Shown: one piece after another, positions 1 through 9,367 of the stretch | How the letters are laid out: each line of letters begins with the position of its first letter | How positions within the stretch are numbered: the stretch's first letter is position 1 | Source: Candidatus Latescibacterota bacterium | GTDB taxonomy: Bacteria; Latescibacterota; UBA2968; UBA8231 | Assembly (NCBI GenBank): GCA_965261395.1 | Contig: OZ253462.1 | Span: forward strand, 3,072,001 to 3,136,000 | Direction: 5' to 3' | DNA: 64,000 nucleotides | Translations under genes and position numbers: made by a program | The notes under the pieces: model-generated | The model's database searches: none | The model's input: only the letters and a program-made list of their open reading frames with translations | Told to the model about the DNA's origin: nothing

Positions 1-303
1 TTGCTGTCGCAGCGCGGGGTTAAGCTCTCCGAGCTGCTCGCCCCGCTAGAGCGCCAGTACTTCCCGTCCTCTGAGATCAACTCCAAGGTTGCGGACCCCG
101 CCGCCAAAATCGCGGCCCTAGCCGACCGCTACCAAGACGGCCGCATCCTGCGTCTCGACGGGATTTCGGTCAGCTACGACGACTGGCACTTCAACGTGCG
201 ACCCTCCAATACCGAGCCGCTGTTGCGACTCAACCTAGAGGCCCTCTCTGCAGAGCGCATGGCCGAGAAGCGGGACGAGGTCCTCGCCTTTATTCGCGCG
301 TAA
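1..303 (+). CDS. Phosphomannomutase/phosphoglucomutase, C-terminal part (partial at window edge)
   Basis: Domain IV motif 'LDGISV..DDWHFNVRPSNTEPLLRLNLEA'. Confidence 0.9.
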   Translation: MLSQRGVKLSELLAPLERQYFPSSEINSKVADPAAKIAALADRYQDGRILRLDGISVSYDDWHFNVRPSNTEPLLRLNLEALSAERMAEKRDEVLAFIRA

Positions 304-306
304 ATT

Positions 307-1764
307 ATGACGGCCCCCGCCCCTAAGATCCCGTGGGCTTTCGCCCTCGACCGCCGCTACTTTGCGGCATTTTTGGTTTTCCAAGGCGCGGTGGTCGCTG
401 GCAGCATCTTCGTTTTCGAATTCCTCCCGGCCCTCCTCATCGGCGCGCTCTGCGTCGCGTTTTTTGTCGCGGGCCTGATGCTGAGGCCGTGGATCGTCGT
501 CCCAATTTTGTTGCTGACGACGGCCCTCGACAGCACTGGTCGGCTGTTCGGCGAGTCCGGCCCTTCAAAAGACATCTTCTTGCTGACGGGGTTTCACTTG
601 GCCTTCGGGCTGATGGTCGTCGGCTTGGCCGCCAACATCTGTCTGCGGCAACGCATGCACTTTCCCGACTTCGAGATTAAGGTACCGCTCTTTTTGTTCC
701 TCGCGTCTATTGCGGTGTCGCTGACGTACACGCCCAATCAGCCGGCTGCAACCGTCAGCTTCTTGCGGATTTGCGCCCTCGTGCTCTTCACCTACATGGT
801 GCAAATCACGCTCGACTCTAGGCGGACCGTGTCCGCGGTCTTATGGTCCCTAGTGGTCTTGACGATAGCGGGCTCAGTGATGGGGGCCTATCAGGTCATC
901 ACCGGCCAATTCCACCTGCCGGCCAAGGTCATCACCGCCTTGGGCGGCAACGTGCCGCGGGCGACGGGGGCCTTTCACAACCCCAACATCTTTGCCTCGT
1001 TTGTAATGAGCGGCGTCCTGCCGCTGTTGGCCGTCTTGCTCAATTATCGACTGCCTAGGGGCCAGCGGGCGCTTTTTGCTTTGTCGATCGTCATCGGCAT
1101 TGGCGGGCTGTTGGCCTCGTTTAGCCGCTCTAGCTGGGTGTCAACCCTGGCCGGCGTGCTCGTCATCCTCTGGTTGAGCGGCAAGCTGCGCTATTTTTTT
1201 ATCGTAGTTTTTGCCTCTATCCTGCTGGTGCTCGGCCTCAAAGAATTCGTGCCTTATGCCGAGTACATCTTCGAGCGCTTCGCCTCCATCTTTACCTTGT
1301 TTGATGAGTTCGGCTCGACCGGCCGCGCTTCGAGTACGGCGCGCATTTATCTCGTCATGGCCTCGCTCGACATGTTTTTGGACCATCCGTTCTTGGGCGT
1401 TGGTTGGCGGGCCTTCCCGGTCGTATTCTCCGAATACGCGCCGCCCGGATATCCCCACTGGACCCTAGTAAAAGAGTCGCACACTATAGTGACTGCGGTC
1501 TTGGGCGAACTAGGCATCGTTGGTTTCGCGGCTTTTGTCTGGTTTGTCGGGAAGACGTTCTTTTTGAGCTTGGGGCGCTTGCAGCAGATGCAGGATTCCT
1601 ATTTACGCGCCGTAGCCATCGGCTTGATCGCCACGTTTGTCGCCTTCCAGGTCAATCAGTCGTTCAATGGCGACCTGCCCAGCAACATGTTTTGGTTCTA
1701 CATCGGCATGCTCTTCGCCGTGCAGCGGCTCGACGCGGACGCGCGTGCGCCGTTAAGGTCTTAG
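307..1764 (+). CDS. O-antigen ligase/polymerase (Wzy_C) family membrane protein
   Basis: Many TM helices; 'RATGAFHNPN', 'SFSRSSW', 'HPFLGVG', 'SH...LGELGIVG' motifs. Confidence 0.85.
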   Translation: MTAPAPKIPWAFALDRRYFAAFLVFQGAVVAGSIFVFEFLPALLIGALCVAFFVAGLMLRPWIVVPILLLTTALDSTGRLFGESGPSKDIFLLTGFHLAFGLMVVGLAANICLRQRMHFPDFEIKVPLFLFLASIAVSLTYTPNQPAATVSFLRICALVLFTYMVQITLDSRRTVSAVLWSLVVLTIAGSVMGAYQVITGQFHLPAKVITALGGNVPRATGAFHNPNIFASFVMSGVLPLLAVLLNYRLPRGQRALFALSIVIGIGGLLASFSRSSWVSTLAGVLVILWLSGKLRYFFIVVFASILLVLGLKEFVPYAEYIFERFASIFTLFDEFGSTGRASSTARIYLVMASLDMFLDHPFLGVGWRAFPVVFSEYAPPGYPHWTLVKESHTIVTAVLGELGIVGFAAFVWFVGKTFFLSLGRLQQMQDSYLRAVAIGLIATFVAFQVNQSFNGDLPSNMFWFYIGMLFAVQRLDADARAPLRS

Positions 1765-1810
1765 TCCCCTGTTTGCCGTGCCGGCGCTTTGAAGAACGCG
1801 AGGATCAATC

Positions 1811-2968
1811 GTGAAAGTTTTGCTGCTATCGCACCTCTACCCCAACGTCATATCTAAGATCTACGGCAGTTTCGTCCACAACCAGGCGCGCTTCCTCAAA
1901 GAGCATTGTCAAATAGAGGTAGTGGCACCCGTACCTTGGTTTCCCCTGCCGGGGTTTGGGTTGTGGAGTGCCTATCGCCATGTCCCACGCCGCGAAGTGC
2001 TGGACGGGATCGAGGTGCGGCATCCCCGCCGCTTCGCCGTACCACGGCGGATTTTCTTTACCCAGCAGTGGCGTTTTCACCTCAAGGCTTTGCTCAACGC
2101 TGTTGAGGGTGTGCCGGACATCATCCACGCGCACTGCGCCTATCCCGACGGCCGGGCCGCTGTTGAGTACGGCGCACAAACCGGTCGGCCCGTAGTCATC
2201 ACGGTCCACGGTTCCGACATCAAGATCCTGCCCAAGCTCAAGTCCCAATGGCGACAACTGATCGCTGAGGCCCTAACGCAAGCCGCGGCCGTTATTGCCG
2301 TCAGCCAAGAGCTGCGCCGCGAGGTCCTGCAATTGGGCGTCCCGGCCGACAAGGTTCGCTGCATTCCCAACGGCGTTGACTGTCGGCTCTTTTCGGCGAC
2401 CGGGTCGCACCAGCCCGGTAAAGATGGGTGGCGCCTACTTTATGTGGGCCGATTTGTCGAGGCAAAGGGATTGCGCGTCTTGCTGGAGGCACTGGCTAAA
2501 GTGCGCAGTCAAGGCCGCGACGTCTCGTTGACCTTGATCGGCGGCCACCCTGCGACTGGGACCGCTCATCCTTTCCTACCTCAAGTCAAGGCCTTGAACC
2601 TGTCCGAGCACGTGTCGTTCGAGGACGCGGTGCCTTGGGAGGAACTACCCCCCTATATGGCCGCCGCCGATCTGTTCGTCCTGCCTAGTTTTAGCGAGGG
2701 CCTGACCACGTCGCTGGTCGAGGCCATGGCCTGTGGCCTGCCCGTGGTCGCCACGCGCTGCGGTGGGCCGGAGGAAGTCGTCAATGAGGAGGTCGGACGG
2801 CTAGTGGCGGTCGGCGACGCGGAGGACTTAGCGGCGGGCATCCTCGCGGTGCTAGAAAATTACGACCGCTACGACCGCGAGGCGATTCGCCAGCAGGCCG
2901 AGGCGCGCTACGACTATCGCCAAGTGGCGGCGCAGATCCACGCGCTGTACGAGGACGTGCTGCGTTAG
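1811..2968 (+). CDS. Glycosyltransferase family 4 (GT-B)
   Basis: 'IPNGVD', 'YVGRFVEAKG', 'FVLPSFSEGL..SLVEAMACGLPVV' (EX7E). Confidence 0.92.
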   Translation: MKVLLLSHLYPNVISKIYGSFVHNQARFLKEHCQIEVVAPVPWFPLPGFGLWSAYRHVPRREVLDGIEVRHPRRFAVPRRIFFTQQWRFHLKALLNAVEGVPDIIHAHCAYPDGRAAVEYGAQTGRPVVITVHGSDIKILPKLKSQWRQLIAEALTQAAAVIAVSQELRREVLQLGVPADKVRCIPNGVDCRLFSATGSHQPGKDGWRLLYVGRFVEAKGLRVLLEALAKVRSQGRDVSLTLIGGHPATGTAHPFLPQVKALNLSEHVSFEDAVPWEELPPYMAAADLFVLPSFSEGLTTSLVEAMACGLPVVATRCGGPEEVVNEEVGRLVAVGDAEDLAAGILAVLENYDRYDREAIRQQAEARYDYRQVAAQIHALYEDVLR

Positions 2969-3044
2969 GACTGCTTGGGGACGCGGGTTTGGCCGGCAAA
3001 AGTGCGGTCGTGGAATTGGGCTTCTCGCCGCAAGCGGTCGTCGG

Positions 3045-4151
3045 TCATGGCAAAATTTCCGCGTACAAGTTCAGCAGCTTCTCGGCCTGCGTCTCCCAAT
3101 TGTAAGTCGTCCGCGCGGCCTCCCGCCCGTTTTCCCCCATTTGCTGTGCCGCTGCTGGATGTTCCCACAAATAGCGCACGGCCGCGGCCGCGGCGGCCCG
3201 ATCTTGTGGATCGACGCAAAGGCCGCACTCGGCCCCTTCGACGATCTGGCGCAGGTTGGGAAAATCCGCGCAGAGGACCGGGATGCCGTAGGCCATGTAC
3301 TCGAAAATTTTGGTCAGTTCCTTGCGGCGGGTGTGGGGGCTGGGCGGGAAAAGGGCCAAACCCGCGGTCCAACGCTCGCGGAGATAGTAGCGCACGATGC
3401 GCTGATGGGGCACGTACGAGCCGATGCCTTCAAAGTGGAGGCGCGGGCCGCGCAAGTCCGCGGCGAGCCTCGGGCTGCAGCGGCCGACGAAAAAAAGCTC
3501 GGCTTCGGGCACATCCTGCAAGAGCCGCGCGTGGTGGTGTGCACCGCGATACGCCTTGACGTTGCCGGTGTAGATCAGGCGCGGGTGCCCGGCGCTGGGG
3601 CGGGCCGCGAGTTGGGCGGGGTCTAGTGCTGGGAAGCGCGTGTAGTTGAGAACCGTCGCGCCGCGCGGGAAGCGCTCGGCGTAATAGCGCTCGGCCAAGA
3701 CGAGGTGAAAAAAGCGGCTGGTGCCTTGTTCGGCCCAAGCCATTGCCCGAGCGAACGCTGCACGCAAAAAGGCCGGTAGATATTCGCGCTCCTCGATGGC
3801 GGTGCGGTTGTCTTCGTGGATGTCGTACACCACGCGCTTGCCGAGCAGGCGGAGGAGGAGGCCGGCGGGGATGAGTTCCGGGTCGTGGAAGTGGTAGAGG
3901 TCTGCGCGCGTGGTTAAGGCCCGCCAAAAGGCCGCCCCCACGCCCAAGCTCATGCGGGCGAACCGCTTGCCGCAGTAGGGCAAGGCGATAAACTCAACGT
4001 CGTCAACCGGCCCGTCGCTCCCGCCGGGGGCCACGAGCACCACGTCGTACCCGGCCGCAGCCAAGGTCTTGCATTCGCGGTGAAAGATGCGGTTGTCAAA
4101 GGGGTTGTGGACGGTGGTGAGGTGGACGACTCTAGGCACGGCTAATTCCAT
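3045..4151 (-). CDS. Glycosyltransferase family 4
   Basis: 'HLTTVHNPFDNRIF', 'YHFHDPEL', 'VYDIHED', 'KIFEYMAYGIPV'; start placed at ATG 4151. Confidence 0.88.
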   Translation of the reverse strand: MELAVPRVVHLTTVHNPFDNRIFHRECKTLAAAGYDVVLVAPGGSDGPVDDVEFIALPYCGKRFARMSLGVGAAFWRALTTRADLYHFHDPELIPAGLLLRLLGKRVVYDIHEDNRTAIEEREYLPAFLRAAFARAMAWAEQGTSRFFHLVLAERYYAERFPRGATVLNYTRFPALDPAQLAARPSAGHPRLIYTGNVKAYRGAHHHARLLQDVPEAELFFVGRCSPRLAADLRGPRLHFEGIGSYVPHQRIVRYYLRERWTAGLALFPPSPHTRRKELTKIFEYMAYGIPVLCADFPNLRQIVEGAECGLCVDPQDRAAAAAAVRYLWEHPAAAQQMGENGREAARTTYNWETQAEKLLNLYAEILP

Positions 4152-4249
4152 CCAGCGCGATCGGCGCACGGTTGCATAAATGACTACAAATGACGAAAAT
4201 ATAATAAGATAAGATATATCGTAACACTGTTTTCTACCGCTGGATTCCC

Positions 4250-5389
4250 ATGCTCATTGCCGTTTTTTGGGTCGCTTTATTCCTCGTCGTCTATACCTAT
4301 TTAATCTACCCGGTTTTGCTTTGGCTCTTGGGGGCCGGCCGCAAGATGCCCGAGTACGCGCCGCTGAGCGAATGGCCCACGGCGTCGCTAATCATTGCCG
4401 CGCACAACGAAGAAGCCGTATTGCGCGCCAAGCTAGAAAACGCACTGGCCACAGATTACCCGGCCGAGCGGCTCGACATCATCGTCGTCTCAGACGCCTC
4501 GACCGATGGCACCGATCGCATTGCCGCCGAGTTTGCCGAGCGCGGGGTACGGCTGCACCGGCAGGAGACCCGCGGTGGCAAGACCGAGGCGCAAAACGCA
4601 GGGGTGCGCTTGGCGCGAGGGCAGTTTCTCGCGTTCTCAGACGCCAACAGCATGTACGCGCCCAGCGCACTCAAGCGGCTGTTGGCACCCTTTGCCGACG
4701 AGCGGATCGGCTGCGTCTGCGGTGAGTTGCAATACGCCAACCCAGACGAGCAAGGCGCTGGCAAGGGCGAAGGCCTGTACTGGCGCTACGAGCAATTTCT
4801 CAAGCGCCGGGAGAGCCTGCTCAGTTCCACGCTGGGTGCCAATGGGGCGATCTACGCGCTCCGACGCGAGCTGTTCGTCGAACTGCGCGGCGACATTATC
4901 AGCGACTTTGTCGCGCCCCTGCACGCATGGCGGCGCGGCTTTCGCATCGCGTACGAACCAACGGCCGTTGCCACCGAGTACAGCAGCGTCCGCTTTGGCG
5001 ACGAGTTCCACCGCCGCCGCCGGATTGTCTCGCGCTCGCTCTACGGGCTGTGGACCGAGGTCGGCGTGCTCAACCCGTTCGCGCACTTTTTTTTTGCGCT
5101 TCAGATGTCTTCCCACAAGCTGCTCCGCTGGCTCGTGCCGGTATGGCTGTTGGTGGTGCTCGCGGTCAATGTCCCGTTGGCCGCGAGCGAGTACTACGGC
5201 CTCTTGCTCGCGCTGCAAGTGGCTTTCTACGGCTTGGCCGCGTTGGGCCTCTTGCTGCCGGAGCGGCTCGGGCGCTATTGGCTTTTCTACGTACCGGCCT
5301 ATTTCACCGCCACCAATTTGGGCACCTTGCTGGGGCTGCTGAGCTTTCTAACGGGTCGCCGCCACCGCGTCTGGCAACCTGCGAGGTAG
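4250..5389 (+). CDS. Glycosyltransferase family 2 (PgaC/CESA-like)
   Basis: 'IIAAHNEE', 'VSDASTD', 'FSDAN', 'GANGAIYA', 'EFHRRRRI'; N- and C-terminal TM helices. Confidence 0.92.
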   Translation: MLIAVFWVALFLVVYTYLIYPVLLWLLGAGRKMPEYAPLSEWPTASLIIAAHNEEAVLRAKLENALATDYPAERLDIIVVSDASTDGTDRIAAEFAERGVRLHRQETRGGKTEAQNAGVRLARGQFLAFSDANSMYAPSALKRLLAPFADERIGCVCGELQYANPDEQGAGKGEGLYWRYEQFLKRRESLLSSTLGANGAIYALRRELFVELRGDIISDFVAPLHAWRRGFRIAYEPTAVATEYSSVRFGDEFHRRRRIVSRSLYGLWTEVGVLNPFAHFFFALQMSSHKLLRWLVPVWLLVVLAVNVPLAASEYYGLLLALQVAFYGLAALGLLLPERLGRYWLFYVPAYFTATNLGTLLGLLSFLTGRRHRVWQPAR

Positions 5390-5396
5390 AGCGTTT

Positions 5397-6851
5397 ATGT
5401 CGCGTCTGAAACGCATTGTCCTGCTGCTGTTGAGCGATACTGCTGCCGTCAGTTTGGCGTCGGTTTTCTTTTTGTGGATGAAGTTGGCCGGTGGCGCGCT
5501 GGAGACCGTCCGCCACAACTACGAGCGGCTTTATCCAGACGCGGTGGACGGGCCGACCTTCTGGTATGCGCTGGGCTATTACTCGGACGTGTTGCCGCTG
5601 ATAAGCGGTTGCTGGCTGCTGCTGTTCCTGTTCTTTGGCTTCTATCAATCCTCGCCCTCTAGTTCGCGCTTCGACGAAATTTTCGAGGTCGTCAAGGTCG
5701 TCACCTTGGGCATCTTGCTGGCCATGATCGCCACCTTTGACCGCGACATCCGCCTCACTCGGTTGCTGGTCTTGTTCTACTGGCTGGGCATGGTCGCGTT
5801 GGTGGCGGGTGGGCGGGTGCTGGTGCGCAGCTTTGAGCGGCAGCTCTTGCTGCGCGGCATTGGCCTCCGGCGCACAGCCATTGTGGGCGTGAACGCGCGC
5901 GGCATACGGTTGCTGCGCGCGTTGCGCTCGGCACCGGCGCAGGGGTATGAGATCGTGGGCTTTGTGCGGGCGCGCGGCGAAAAAGATCGCGGGGCTATTG
6001 ACGGCCTGCCCGTGCTCGGCGAAGTAGGTGATCTGCGAACCATCCTCGCGGCCGAGGGCATTGAGGCCGTGCTCATCGCCCTGCAATCCAATTCACACGA
6101 AGAGATCATGCAGATCGTCGAGGAGGCCGAGGGGCTGCCGGTCTCCTTCGGCATCACGCCCGACCTGTACGACATTGTGACCGGCCACGTGCGCACGACG
6201 CAGATCTACGGCGTGCCGCTGATGGAGCTCAAGCCCGAGCTGATGCCGACTTGGCAGCGCACGGTCAAGCGGCTCATCGACGTGGTGGTGGCCGTCGTCG
6301 TGCTGGCGGGTTTGGCCCCATTGTGGCTGTTGGTGGCCGCGGCGATCAAGCTGACCTCCAAGGGGCCGATTTTCTTTCGCCAAGAGCGCGTCGGCGAGGG
6401 GGGGCGGACTTTTGCGATGCTTAAATTTCGCTCGATGTACGTGGATGCCGAGGAGAAGACCGGCCCGGTGTGGGCCAAGGGTGCAGACCCACGGGTGACC
6501 CCGGTTGGCCGGGTGCTGCGCGCCCTGCACTTAGACGAGATTCCCCAGTGCATCAACTTCCTGCGCGGCGATATGAGCTTGGTCGGCCCGCGGCCCGAAC
6601 GCCCGTTTTTCGTCGAGCAGTTCAAGAATCAGATTCCCTTGTACATGCGGCGTTTTAACGTCAAGCCTGGCCTATTGGGCTGGGCGCAGTCCAAGCACGA
6701 GTTCGACCTCGATTCCAAGGACGTGGTGGGCATTGCTCGCGAGCGGCTGGAATACGATTTCTACTACATCGAGAACATGTCGCTCAAGCTGGACTTCAAG
6801 ATCATGCTGCAAACGGTGTGGTTCGTGTTGACGGGCAAGAGCACGCGCTGA
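5397..6851 (+). CDS. Priming sugar transferase (undecaprenyl-phosphate glycosylphosphotransferase, WcaJ/WbaP-like)
   Basis: N-terminal TMs, Rossmann-like middle domain, 'KRLID', 'KFRSM', 'DPRVT', 'LDEIPQ', 'GDMSLVGPRPERP'. Confidence 0.93.
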   Translation: MSRLKRIVLLLLSDTAAVSLASVFFLWMKLAGGALETVRHNYERLYPDAVDGPTFWYALGYYSDVLPLISGCWLLLFLFFGFYQSSPSSSRFDEIFEVVKVVTLGILLAMIATFDRDIRLTRLLVLFYWLGMVALVAGGRVLVRSFERQLLLRGIGLRRTAIVGVNARGIRLLRALRSAPAQGYEIVGFVRARGEKDRGAIDGLPVLGEVGDLRTILAAEGIEAVLIALQSNSHEEIMQIVEEAEGLPVSFGITPDLYDIVTGHVRTTQIYGVPLMELKPELMPTWQRTVKRLIDVVVAVVVLAGLAPLWLLVAAAIKLTSKGPIFFRQERVGEGGRTFAMLKFRSMYVDAEEKTGPVWAKGADPRVTPVGRVLRALHLDEIPQCINFLRGDMSLVGPRPERPFFVEQFKNQIPLYMRRFNVKPGLLGWAQSKHEFDLDSKDVVGIARERLEYDFYYIENMSLKLDFKIMLQTVWFVLTGKSTR

Positions 6852-6899
6852 TCTTTCCTCTAGTTTCGATGACGAAAACGACGACGCGATCAACGGCCT

Positions 6900-7274
6900 A
6901 TCTCGCCGATCGAGATACTCGAGAGAGACAAAATCCTGCTCGATGTTGTTTTTGCTCTGCGACGCCGAGATCTCTAGGCGCAGGCGGCCGAGCGCGCGAC
7001 CGAAGGTGACTTCAAACCCGGTGCCGGCATCCGCATCGATGGTGTAGCGCCAGCGGTAGCCCGAAAGCGTGGGGACGGGATCGGCAACGAAACAGGGGTC
7101 CGTCGGATAGCACACTGTGTCCCGATTCCACCCCTCTTGGTCTATGCTCGAACTCAGTGCAAGACCGGTCCCGACGCTGAAGTACCAACCGGATTGATCC
7201 GCTTCTGCACTGGCAGCACCAGCCGCTGCACCGGCGCAGATGAGGGCACACAGCATGATAAACGCAAATCGCAT
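6900..7274 (-). pseudogene. Probably truncated secreted outer-membrane beta-barrel-like protein; its frame runs on antisense into the sugar transferase gene
   Basis: Signal peptide 'MRFAFIMLCALICAGAAAGAASA', then 'GWYFSVGTG' and 'GRLRLEISAS' strands; protein-like character is lost after 'LEYLDRR'; left boundary approximate. Confidence 0.45.
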
Positions 7275-7420
7275 AGAGGAATTTCCTAGTGATAAAGATG
7301 GACTTAACGCCTGTGAGTTATTGAACGTCGAAATGTCGAGGCAGGTTTCTATTGGCTGCTGACGATGTGGCATCGTCCACAGCTTGGAAGGCGATTTGCC
7401 GCGCTTGCCACGGCCTTACC

Positions 7421-7786
7421 TCACGCCTTGAGCGCCAGATGGACGAGTGCCCAGACGCGGCCTTTGGAAATCCTCCCGGCTAGGCGCAGCCAGCCGCCGT
7501 AGTGGGACACTCGCACAAAGGACGGCTTGTCGAGCGTATGCTGTTGTACGACTAAGTTCATACGCGATCCTTCGTCGCACCAGTGGATGCCGTCGGGCGA
7601 GATCTGCACCTGTAGCTCGACATCGATCAAAGGCTTGGGGGACGAGTCCGCCGCTTCAGCACGGAGTATTCGCACGAAGAAAATCGCCTCGTGGCTCCAG
7701 CCAGCCTCGTACGGCTCGGTAGCAAACTCTCCCTCCCAGAGCTGATTGCGCTCCACGACGGCGGTGTGGCTCTGTCGCATATTCAT
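7421..7786 (-). CDS. Conserved hypothetical protein (DUF6385-like)
   Basis: 'TAVVERN..EFATEPYEAGWSHEAIFFV..QISPDGIHWCDEG..HYGGWLRL'; ATGA overlap with upstream gene. Confidence 0.65.
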   Translation of the reverse strand: MNMRQSHTAVVERNQLWEGEFATEPYEAGWSHEAIFFVRILRAEAADSSPKPLIDVELQVQISPDGIHWCDEGSRMNLVVQQHTLDKPSFVRVSHYGGWLRLAGRISKGRVWALVHLALKA

Positions 7787-8691
7787 GACATAGACTCCCC
7801 GGATAACAACACCGAGTCGATGTAGAGAAAGGCCCGTTTATCCATGTCGGCTTCGACCCAAAAGGCCGCGTTGAGCATACACCACAAATTGGCCATGGCC
7901 GGCAGTTCAATGCAGTGCATCCCCTCCGGCCCGAAGGTGTGATCGTTGCACTGAAACCCGGTGAAGGCCCGCCTTCTGAGGTCCAAGCCGACGCGCAGAT
8001 AGTGCCAGTTCATTTTGGTGGCGATTTCGTTGTAACACAAAAGCTGCGGCTCGCCCGGGACATCCTCCCAGCTCTCCGGCCCCAAGTGGAAATGCGATAC
8101 GGTCTTGCCGCTTGGGCCAATGGGCTGTACCGACCGGGTGGCGGGCTTAGTCTGCCAGCGTGCCCGGCGCTGGCCGCTCTCGGCGTTGAGGTAGCGCAAG
8201 TGGGGCATCCAGCGCCGCCCTTGGGAATTGCCGTCCTGCACGTCGAAGAGCACACCCCAAGCGCGAACATCCATTTCGCCGAGCTTGAGTTCGGACGCTT
8301 CGGGTTTGAACGCGAAATAGCACTCCAACTGCACTTGGCCCAGCGCCCGAAAGGTGTGCCGCTTGATGCCTACGGAAAGGCCGCCGGCCTGCGGGCGGGT
8401 GGCCAGCTTGAGGGCGTAGGTGCCCTCCATCGAGCCAGCCGTGCCCGTGTCCCACATCGTCAAGTTGCTCAACATGGGGGGCCGCAGGTCTTGGTAGTCG
8501 GGCAGCATGGTGTCGAGCGAGTCCTCGTAATTGCCGATCAGTCCGGTCCAGCCGTTCAGCCCCGCGTCGAAATCGTTGTAGCACAGAATGAGCTCGAGGG
8601 GGTCAAAGCGGCTCAACCGAGGATTGGCTAGCAATGATTCCACAGTATGCTCCGGTATTGGGGTGGATGGGATTCGATGAGCTCGCGCCAA
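7783..8691 (-). CDS. Conserved hypothetical protein (DUF6772-like); true start may be downstream of 8691
   Basis: Long ORF with 'LSRFDPL..DFDAGLNGW..RPPMLS..MEGTYALKLATRP', 'TKMNWHYLR'. Confidence 0.7.
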   Translation of the reverse strand: MARAHRIPSTPIPEHTVESLLANPRLSRFDPLELILCYNDFDAGLNGWTGLIGNYEDSLDTMLPDYQDLRPPMLSNLTMWDTGTAGSMEGTYALKLATRPQAGGLSVGIKRHTFRALGQVQLECYFAFKPEASELKLGEMDVRAWGVLFDVQDGNSQGRRWMPHLRYLNAESGQRRARWQTKPATRSVQPIGPSGKTVSHFHLGPESWEDVPGEPQLLCYNEIATKMNWHYLRVGLDLRRRAFTGFQCNDHTFGPEGMHCIELPAMANLWCMLNAAFWVEADMDKRAFLYIDSVLLSGESMS

Positions 8692-8726
8692 TAAAAAACC
8701 CCGCCGAACAGTGCGCTCGGCGGGGT
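8692..8726 (-). terminator. Rho-independent terminator after gene 8752-9240
   Basis: Minus strand ACCCCGCCGA-gcgcactgt-TCGGCGGGGT followed by TTTTTAT. Confidence 0.8.
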
Positions 8727-8751
8727 CAGGACGTCTGATGAGGCAAGCGTC

Positions 8752-9240
8752 CTACTCGGCGGCTGTTGCTTTGACTTGACCCCAGCTTACGGCCTCAACA
8801 GCCGTGCTTATCTGGGGATCAATCCAGCGCGCGGGCACGATCGGCGACGAAACCCAGCGGCCGTTAATCAGGGCCTCCGCAGACACGCCATAAACCGCGG
8901 ACTCGGGATTCGGCAGCTTCATACTGTACTGCTCCCGATCTGGCAAGGCTTCCACACGGCCCCACGACACGAAGGTGGGCTGTGCTTCGGCGGGATCAAC
9001 GATCTCTTCACTGGCTTCGACTTCGATCTCATCGGCGTCGAAAACCTGCAAATAGATCGCGTAGCGGGTCGCGTCTTCGACATCCTCCCACTCGACCAGC
9101 ACGAACTGGGAGTGGGGGCTAGCAAGGCTGACCCGTACGTCGTCCGGTCCCAGAAGCTCCATGGCACCGTGAGGACATTGCGCCCAAGCCGCGCTCGCGA
9201 ACGCGAGAGCAACACCGGCCATTAGCATCCGCTGTTTCAT
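8752..9240 (-). CDS. Secreted hypothetical protein with C-terminal 'TAVEAVSWGQVK' tail
   Basis: AAGGAGGT SD upstream; signal peptide ending 'ASAAWA'; acidic beta-rich body. Confidence 0.8.
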   Translation of the reverse strand: MKQRMLMAGVALAFASAAWAQCPHGAMELLGPDDVRVSLASPHSQFVLVEWEDVEDATRYAIYLQVFDADEIEVEASEEIVDPAEAQPTFVSWGRVEALPDREQYSMKLPNPESAVYGVSAEALINGRWVSSPIVPARWIDPQISTAVEAVSWGQVKATAAE

Positions 9241-9367
9241 AAGGGCACCTCCTTAAAAAGAGTGGATACTGCTTGCCAAAATACCATTATTCTCGGCAAA
9301 TTCCAAATTTTTTATCTCCACGGCGGCGACCGCCGCCTTCAAGGACGCTGGCAGCCGCAATCCGCCC

